Part shown: one piece after another, positions 56,060-64,000 of the stretch
Layout: each line of letters begins with the position of its first letter
Position numbering within the stretch: the stretch's first letter is position 1
From: Eledone cirrhosa
Lineage: Eukaryota
Assembly: GCA_964016885.1 (NCBI GenBank)
Contig: OZ024743.1
Coordinates: 122,760,001-122,824,000, forward strand
DNA length: 64,000 bases
Direction of reading: 5' to 3'
Made by a program: the position numbers and the translations under genes
Notes under the pieces: generated by a model
Told to the model about the DNA's origin: nothing
Seen by the model: only the letters and a program-made list of their open reading frames with translations
Database searches by the model: none

Positions 56060-56530
56060 ATTATTTCTACGACCTTTGAATCTCTTAGGAGACGGTTAAC
56101 GTGCTGCTTAAACTGTTGCAATTCAACGACTGCAGCAAAAAATGCTTGTTCATCAAAGGAATTTTTGAGGCTCAGCGTGCTTGGGAGGAAGTACTTGACG
56201 TATGGGTCAGCGTGGGGTTTGTCGGTAGTATACAATATAATTCATCTTAGAAGAGATGAGTGAATCCTGTATGTGAGTCCTATCGTATGAACTCAGCCTG
56301 ACTCAAGGAGGAATAACCACAGCAGAACTGGTAGAAAAGTCTGGATGTTGAGACAGCGTATATATAGTGTTTTTGAGAAACACTATTTCAGTGTGCTGCA
56401 TGGAATTTCCTTTGATAAGGTCTAGGATGTTACTGTGCAACAGTAGCGCCAAGTGTTCTAGACGAGTCCCGTTTCGGTTTTGAAGAGGGATCGATAATGC
56501 CTCTTTGTAGCTTGAATCATTCTGTCAATA
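56060..56530 (-). mobile_element. Degenerate CR1/L2-like LINE 3' region
   Basis: Minus: LFYQFCCGYSS...YVKYFLPSTLSLKNSFDEQAFFAAVVELQQFKQHVNRL; same class as 34530-35130. Confidence 0.55.
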
Positions 56531-56782
56531 TACGAAATGACTAAAAGTTTGTTCAAAATAACATTTGAACTTTATTCGAAAAAAATATCTAGCAAAATCA
56601 AATCCTTTTATAATTCAGCTAGGAATCTAAACTGTATCAGTATCATAGCTAACTAGTAGAAGCATTCTACACTACGGCGTTCACCATATAGTATATTTAA
56701 TTGATTTTGTTTCACATTAAAAAACACTGAAACTATGGGAGATTGAATACCATATTGTAATGTTCAAGCGTTTCACGATGTA

Positions 56783-56858
56783 ATGACTACATGACTAAAT
56801 TACTACATGACTAAATGACTACATGACTAAATGACTACACGACTAAATGACTACATGA
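56783..56858. repeat. 16-bp minisatellite (ATGACTACATGACTAA), about 4.5 copies
   Basis: Direct reading. Confidence 0.9.
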
Positions 56859-57212
56859 AAAATGAAATAAGATCATAAGTTCGCTTGTACTTTTTATCGG
56901 TGGTCATATTCAAGAAATAAGACAAAATAGCTATTAGCAGGTGTTCACTTTCTCTCTTTCTCCTTCTCAGATTTCTACATAGATCCGAGTTTAGATTAAA
57001 TATAGAATTGACAATTAGGATATAATTCAATATTGATATATAAAATTGAATAAATGAATCTGTACTGTAGAGAGCCGTTAATTAGCAATTTAAAATCAAT
57101 TTACAACTATATATTCTCACGACCGAGCAAAAAACAAAAAAAATTACTTAACTTCAGTTCTTTTTTACTGTTTATATTTTCATAATTGAAAATAGATGAA
57201 GTATTATGATCA

Positions 57213-57335
<123 letters not shown>

Positions 57336-57589
57336 GTGTGTGTGTTCGCGTAGGGTAGACCATTTAATTATAAGCCATTATAAAAGTTCATATTTTTTAT
57401 TACTTGTTCAAAATCGACGAAAGTGTTACAGAATAAAAATATACACCTGGTTCTTGGGGGCAAGTTTATTTTTCCTTCTTATGGATTCTTTTTCCATATA
57501 CCTACTGCCAATTAATCTCTCATCGAGAAAAGCAAAATTCACTTGTTAGTATGAGCCGACTAAATTGTAGTAACAGTCCAATTCATTTT

Positions 57590-57930
57590 TTAGAGAAGAA
57601 TTTGGCAAAGAAACTCATGTAAAAAGCAGCATTCATAAGTGGCGTAGACAGTTGATGGAGCCAAGAAATGTTTATAATATTGAAACAAGAAATGGCTCTG
57701 TTCAAACTAAAGATAATGTTGCTCTTGTTGTGAACCGATGTGACAATAAACATCTGCGTACCAACCACAATTAATGATAAGAGAATCACTATAAACATGT
57801 ACAAGAAGGTAGACCCGTAGGCGTCGGATATTATCATAATGATAGTGGGTAATTACCTATAGACGTCATCCGCAAGAAAAACAACAGTCAAGTTTATGCC
57901 ATCATCAACTATACTTTTGTGGTAGGGAGT
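57590..57930 (+). pseudogene. Possible Tc1/mariner transposase N-terminal (HTH) relic
   Basis: EEFGKETHVKSSIHKWRRQLMEPRNV resembles the F...P....I..W...F.ETG.V HTH motif. Confidence 0.35.
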
Positions 57931-59499
57931 TGACAGTAACATTAAGTCAATGACTTATATTTTCGGGCAGGTGACAGCTCTTTGTAACCTTCCTTATGAT
58001 CAATGAAAAAGCCGAGTAATTTTATTGGTAATTTTTATCAATACACAGTAGCTCGTGCTTCGCTAGGGAAGTTTAATAAGACATGTCCGGATCTGCTGCT
58101 AGAAATTATCGACCGTTCTAAAATCAGATTAAAATAACATCAATCGTTGAGGTAATGTAGTTTTTTCTCTAACTACATACGTATTTTTTATATATTATCA
58201 TTTTATATCCATACATTAAGTATGACGACACTAACTTGACTATTGCTTTTTGTGCCATTGGCATCACTGTGTAATTTCACTTGGCTATTACTTATTAATA
58301 TTCTTCTTAAATCTTGAACTATTTTTGAAACACAAATTCTAAGTTTCTTGATTTTTAAACGCCCACCATATCAGGATGGATTAGGGTGTTTAGTTTAACC
58401 TGGCCCCATAAACCTACCTTAAGATTTATTAGATTGTAATTTACACCTTGATATCGGTATAATCATATGGAAGTATTTAAGAAAAGCAGTCTGTTGAATG
58501 TTAATACTCATCTATAAACAAAATAAGTTTGGCCTGAAGAAATAAAACTATTACAGCTTGAGAGAAGAGAATTAACGACACTCTTGCAGATCTAAAATGT
58601 AATGCTTTTATGGAATAGATAATCGGTGGCACTCCTTATTTGAAAGAATATATAAAGAGGAAATAACAATCCCATAAGATTTTCTATGTTTTTATCACAT
58701 AAAAATACTACAGAATAGTTGTTGTTTCTTTTTTTTGAATAGGGGAAAGAAACAATCTTTGATTTTAGAAAAAAAACGAAACTAAAAATAAATAGGGAGG
58801 GCTCGAGAAACAGAATATATAAGTAGAGTGAAGAATGTTATTTTCATTTATCTTTTAGTTTTTCTGACATGAATGGAAGAGAAATTTAACAGACTATTAA
58901 ATTTGACAATACAGTTACGACTAAAGCAGATTGTTGAAATACTAATTCACATAAAGTAGTATATGGACGAAGCTTTTAGTCGTATTGAGATATTTTACAG
59001 ATGACTAAAAGTAAAAAATATCGTTTCCGTATTGTTTCTATTTAAAAGAAGGATATTAATTTTGACAAAGAACAGGTTTTAGTCCTCAACAATTATTGAA
59101 GAACTTTGTTAAACGTTTGATATCCGCCCCACAAGAAATACAAATGAAATCCTATTAACTACTAAAAAACAAATAATAAACATACATATTCTTATTGGAT
59201 TAACAAAACGTGGATTACATTTCTTTAGCTCGTTTATCGTCTTCAAACTGGTTCAAACAAATTCATTAGAAGAACGAGTTGAAATTCAGTAGATTGCCTT
59301 GGTTTCTTAGGCAACTTATTTTCACTAGTTTATCAACTTATATCTACTGCACTAACAAGGATTACACACGGTATTTCCTCTGCTGTTAGCAATTGGCATC
59401 CGGCTTTCACCTTCTGTGTTTTCTCCTCCTTTAGATTTTGACATCGTCTTCCGTGATATTTGCTTCATCTGTCCATTGAATTATAGAGTGAAATGTCTT

Positions 59500-60125
59500 T
59501 GTCCCAGCCATTCAAACTTATATTCTACCCCTACATTTTTATTTTCCCAAGCATTGACTAGAGTGGTAATCTTTGTAAGCTGTTGCTGATCTTAATATTA
59601 CGAATTTGAGTTTATAGTTCTTGGCGTAACAGAGAGCTATTCTTTGTTTTTGTCTCATCTAAAATTGTCATTTTTTTTATCAACATGAGAAATTCGTTCA
59701 AATATAGTTTTTGGTATAAACTCTTGAAGGCTACAAATATACCTTGATCTATCAGACTGATTGTAGAGGTAACTTTGGATAGCCAGAATATGTACATTAT
59801 TTTACCATCATTACTAAAAAATTAGTTACATCATGGGTGAGCAGGTGCATTGTTCAAAATTAGGACTTTCTTTTCATCTGCTGTGTAAGGAAATTTACGT
59901 GATATTTTACACACTGCAGGAATGAAATCCGAAAAAATGTCATTAATGATATACATGTCGAAACATGGTTTTTTTGGGAATAGTAATAATGTATTAGTAT
60001 CTGGTAAATTGTGTGTTTCAAATGTGCAGTCATTTTGGTTTGTCTACTACCACTAACTTTAAACGGCAGATACTCTCTACTTTCACATAACGACGATATC
60101 AAAATTGCGATAACCAGCCGCCACA
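59500..60125 (-). pseudogene. Degenerate Tigger/pogo (DDE_1) transposase
   Basis: Minus: ...FIPAV...KVLILNNAPAHP...NDGKI...SKVTSTISLIDQGIFVAFKSLY (LDNAPAHP and TSxIQPMDQGI motifs). Confidence 0.8.
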
Positions 60126-60169
60126 AGCTTCCATATGACTAATTAGCTTGTCAGTGTACCTATCGCCAC

Positions 60170-60385
60170 GGTAGATTGGCAGTATCGGTAGAGTCGGACA
60201 CCATGCTTTGCAGCATAGAGTTACGAACCTTTACGGTCTGAGTGCAAATCCCGCCTAAGTTAACTTTGCCTTTCATCCTTACGAGGTCGATAAAATAAAG
60301 CACAAGTAACGTACTGAGGTCGATTCAATCGACTTTCCCCTCCCCCCAAATTACTGGCCTTGTGCCTATACTAGATATCATTATT
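60170..60385 (+). mobile_element. SINE family 1 copy
   Basis: ggtagattggcagtatcggtagag...aatcccgcctaagttaactttgcctttcatcc...ggccttgtgcctata. Confidence 0.85.
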
Positions 60386-61576
60386 TGGTGGATAAACGTC
60401 GCTGCCTCCTCAAGATTTATAGCTTTTACAGCTTTTTTACATTTTTCACAATAATGCTTTAAAATTTACCACAAATGTGAGATATACGTTTGACCGAAAA
60501 TGTTTCATAAGTTCAAGTTTTTGGTTCACACATAGAGTCACATGTTTCTTCTTAAGGTTATTTTTCCCCATTAAGTTATAATACAACATAGAATTCTGAA
60601 CGTTATCTAAGCACTAAAATAACAAGATGTGTTGTGTTGCATGTGGTGTTTATTGTCACAGGCTGTGCTGCTGACCTTCCAAATATAGTATAAGTATTTA
60701 TAAAAGAAAAACATAAAATAAAATTAGAGTGCCTCGACCCCACTTAATACTTCTTTCTGAGTGTATTATTAGACCAAAAAGTAAATTACTGCGAGCATAT
60801 AGCATGATAATACAAGAACAGACTATTAAAAAATCAATTCTAGTTGATGCATTCTCAATGAATTTATACATGTAAATTCTAACTCCGAATATATAGTGTT
60901 TGTTAGAGTGAAGTCTGAAAGGAAAGCGAATTAGAAGAAATAAGTCTTAAATAAGTAAAATATTGAATATAGATAAAAGATATCTGGGGAAAAGGGTTGA
61001 ATTAATGAAAATAGTAGTCGAATTAGGAGGTTAATTAGTGGGCAATACGAAGTGCTAGAAAGAAAGGGAATAGTACTTAGAGAATAGTGTAATTACGAAT
61101 AAAGTGTACTGGTGAAAAGCTGCTCTTCTTACGTCCTTATCTTTGTTATTCACTTATTATCAAGCTATTCGCGCATTTCGTACAATGATACAATTATATA
61201 CGCAAAGATACGCGAAGAACAAATGCCACAATATTTTATATCAGTGGACAGAGGCATGAGTTTTCCATTGTGATCCATAATTAAATTATTGCGTGCACTT
61301 AGTATGAATTTACCATCTATGTTGGGAGTGCCGCGCTAACCTAGAACACATCAAATATACATTTTTATAACACTGATTCTAAAAACAGAGAGCGATAGCT
61401 AGCAATGATATTCACTCTCTTAATTCATTTCTACGCTATCTGCCTTAACGGTGTCTCGTTTAACAGAGTTTCAATAAATGTATGTATGTATGTATGTATG
61501 TATGTATGTATGTATGTATGTATGTATGTATGTATGTATGTATGTATGTATGTATGTATGTATGTATGTATGTATG

Positions 61577-62066
61577 TTATCTCTTTCTCTTAATTTCGAG
61601 TATATTTTTTTGACCGGCCACCTTCCTGGTGGCAAGGTTGTAAAAGAAAAGAAATTGTCATCCCTTGAATCGCAAGAATGTTTTGCAAATTTTGAAGGTG
61701 CCAGCTATCGCAACCATTTGTAGACTATGAATTAGGGAGCTGCGCTTTTTGTCCGCAAATCCAAGTTCAGTCATACTTTGGTCCAAGCGGGTTGGTATAT
61801 AACCCATAGCACCAATAATGATGGGTATGAAGCTAAAAGTGTATATTGGATACTGGATTTGTAAACTCCTCATCAATGGTCCGTAGATGTCCTCCTTCTC
61901 CTGTATTTTTCTGACAACGTTTACATCAAGTGGGCAGCTGATCTCCACAACTGAACACGTTTTCAATGTGTGGTCCCAAACAACAATATCAGGCCGGTTG
62001 TGCTTTAATTTGGTGGCAGTTTGTATTTTCAGGTTCCATCAGTATTGCTTAGTGCCATCTGTCTCA

Positions 62067-62068
<2 letters not shown>
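61577..62068 (-). mobile_element. 5'-truncated R4/Dong-clade non-LTR retrotransposon inserted in (CATA)n
   Basis: Intact RLE: YWWN-like ...[46 protein letters not shown]...PIIIGAMG...KICKTFLRFKG*; (TATG)n on both sides (61478-61576, 62069-62146). Confidence 0.85.
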
Positions 62069-62099
<31 letters not shown>

Positions 62100-62117
62100 T
62101 GTATGTATGTATGTATG

Positions 62118-62146
<29 letters not shown>

Positions 62147-62148
<2 letters not shown>

Positions 62149-62509
62149 GGAAAACTGATATAACACCTGCAACCCTGATGGTATCCAATGATGTTGACTT
62201 GTTCTTCTTTTTGGTAAATATCTTCTTGGTTAAGAGAGTGGGACTGGCTTTGTGCAGTGCCTTTTCTCACTATAAAAGCTTCACGGCACAGGTATTGCTT
62301 TATATCTGGAGATCTTTCTGCACTTGTCGTCACATGGTACCATGGGCCCAACACTATGTGCCAGTAATTATCACAAGTGTAGTGTTTGTACCAGAGTTTT
62401 CAAGTCGCTGGCTGGACTAAAAAGTCACACTCGTTCAGCGCATCGGTAGGGGTTCTCCTACATGGATATAAAGTAGTGGCCGTACTCGAAAACGAGTTGG
62501 CAGCCACCA
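62147..62509 (+). mobile_element. Bipartite non-autonomous RTE derivative
   Basis: 5' part homologous to 50020-50175; 3' part KCSVCTRVFKSLAGLKSHTRSAHR* homologous to the finger at ~50685; ends gagttggcagccacc-(atgt)n. Confidence 0.65.
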
Positions 62510-62689
62510 TGTATGTATGTATGCATGTATGTGTGCATGAATGCACGAATGCATGTGTGTATGTATGTGCGTATGCATGTATTTATGCATGTTATTGAAT
62601 TTGGAGACTTCCCAACTTAGCTATAATTTGCTTGACATTTTCACATTTGAAAATGGGACAATCTTAGCATTATCATCTTTAGACATAAA

Positions 62690-62912
62690 GTAGGTATCTG
62701 ACTTCTACAGCAGAGCATGTCTTTTAATGTCTGGTCCCAAACAACAATATCAGACCGGTTGTGCTTTAATTTGGTGGCAGTGTTTATATTTAGGTCCCAC
62801 CAGTAGTTCTTGGGGTTATCAGTTTTAATATATTCCTCCCTATTTGATTTTTTTTTCTGCTTCCGTAATGTATTCCAGATTGTCCTAGCTATCACATCAT
62901 GTCTCTTGGGGA
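62690..62912 (-). mobile_element. Second R4/Dong RLE fragment
   Basis: Minus: KRHDVIARTIWNTLRK...[28 protein letters not shown]; near-identical in part to 61960-62045. Confidence 0.8.
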
Positions 62913-62989
62913 GTCATTAAAGAGAAAAAATTATTTTAAGAATTTGTCAGAATTCTATGTCGGACGTTTGGTTTATCCCCTCTTTGGTC

Positions 62990-63784
62990 CCCTCTTTGGT
63001 CTGTGTAGTTTTTGTCTCAAGAATCAATGTAAAACCCCACCGTTTTGCTAGTGAATGCTACCACACTAAATTTGCTACTTATTACCCCTAAGAAGCTAAA
63101 TGTTGCACCAAATTTTGGACAGGCATTCGATACCAGCTACTAGTGGGTGTGGAACTTTGGCTAACTGTAATACTCCCATCCATATGGTATACTATCAAAC
63201 GATGTTGGTGGTCAAACCACACTACTGTCAAGTTCCTACGATTCTTTAATATTTTTTTTATTGGATCATTTTATTAATTAGTAGCTGCTCTGTACAACCC
63301 CACACCTCTATATTTCCTTCAGCTTGCTCAGGTGTTATAATGTTGTTGGCGACACAATGATCTCGAAAGAACAGATTGAGGTATCAAGTGTATAATTTAT
63401 ACATGAGTTCTAGTAGGATATTGGACGGGAATTCTTAACAAGGTCTTTTTGGCTATTTCGAAGGATGAAGAGAGTAGTGACAGTTGATAACTATTGGGAT
63501 ATTTCCAGTGTAGCTTTGATACTTTCTCCATACAACTGTATGAGATAGCACAGATAAAAGGTGAAATCCTTCAGCCAGTAACCTGTTAAGCTGTGTGGGC
63601 ATGGAGACTTCCTACTTGACATCTTCTGTAGTGCTGTTTCCAGTATTGCACTGTCTATTTCATATTGCTTTTACTGGACGAGCTGGCAATAATCCTACTC
63701 CAGTTCTTTTAGCCATACAGCTTATTTGTTGAATTCATCTCTTGTTTCCCATATAGATCTCCAGTAGATCACAACCTGATTTCA
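62990..63784 (-). mobile_element. Degenerate R4/Dong element(s): RT N-terminal region plus a zinc-knuckle-adjacent fragment
   Basis: Minus: YWRSIWETRDEFN...KSPCPHSLTGYWLK...LMYKLYT.YLNLFFRDHCVANNIITPEQA, then ...CPK...KVANLVW.HSLAKRWGF; abuts (TATG)n 63785-63886. Confidence 0.7.
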
Positions 63785-63886
63785 TGTATATGTGTATGTA
63801 TGTATGTATGTATGTATGTATGTATGTATGTATGTATGTATGTATGTATGTATGTATGTATGTATGTATGTATGTATGTATGTATG

Positions 63887-63990
63887 TTCTTCTGGTTTTA
63901 TAATTTCACAAAGTTTTACCAATAGAGAGAGAATCGGTTTGTAACATAGACACAAGACTCTCTCATTGGAATTTACACAACATCAACTAG
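63887..63990 (-). mobile_element. Short insertion between TATG tracts, probably an R4/Dong 3' UTR
   Basis: ~100 bp of unique sequence flanked by (TATG)n on both sides, same context as 61577-62068. Confidence 0.45.
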
Positions 63991-64000
63991 GTATGTATGT

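Noticed and set aside
57583-57837. Hydrophobic 84-aa minus-strand ORF resembling a membrane protein
   Set aside because: Antisense to a probable transposase relic; no splice or homology support

Overview
Eukaryotic, AT-rich, microsatellite-dense DNA. The SINE and LINE complement suggests a cephalopod (Octopus-like) genome, which is an inference. Nearly all ORF-track entries are microsatellite translations or transposon relics. The one real gene found is on the minus strand and was assembled by hand from four phase-compatible GT-AG exons (48235-48096, 38979-38850, 35482-35344, 28437-28237). It encodes the C-terminal ~200 aa of a Cys-rich, probably GPI-anchored surface protein (DUF19-like Cys spacing, Thr stalk, hydrophobic tail); its 5' exons were not found. 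The rest is intron or intergenic sequence filled with tRNA-derived SINEs, RTE, R4/Dong, CRE and CR1-like LINE fragments, mariner, Tigger and hAT relics, MITEs and Helitron-like elements. The most notable hidden layer is a set of Penelope-like or retrozyme-type elements inserted in (TA)n tracts. They form fold-back inverted repeats and carry minimal type I hammerhead ribozyme motifs: a tandem-plus-inverted array at 16.2-17.25 kb, an apparently intact motif at 50881-50935 and several degenerate ones, some in the sense orientation of the gene's introns.
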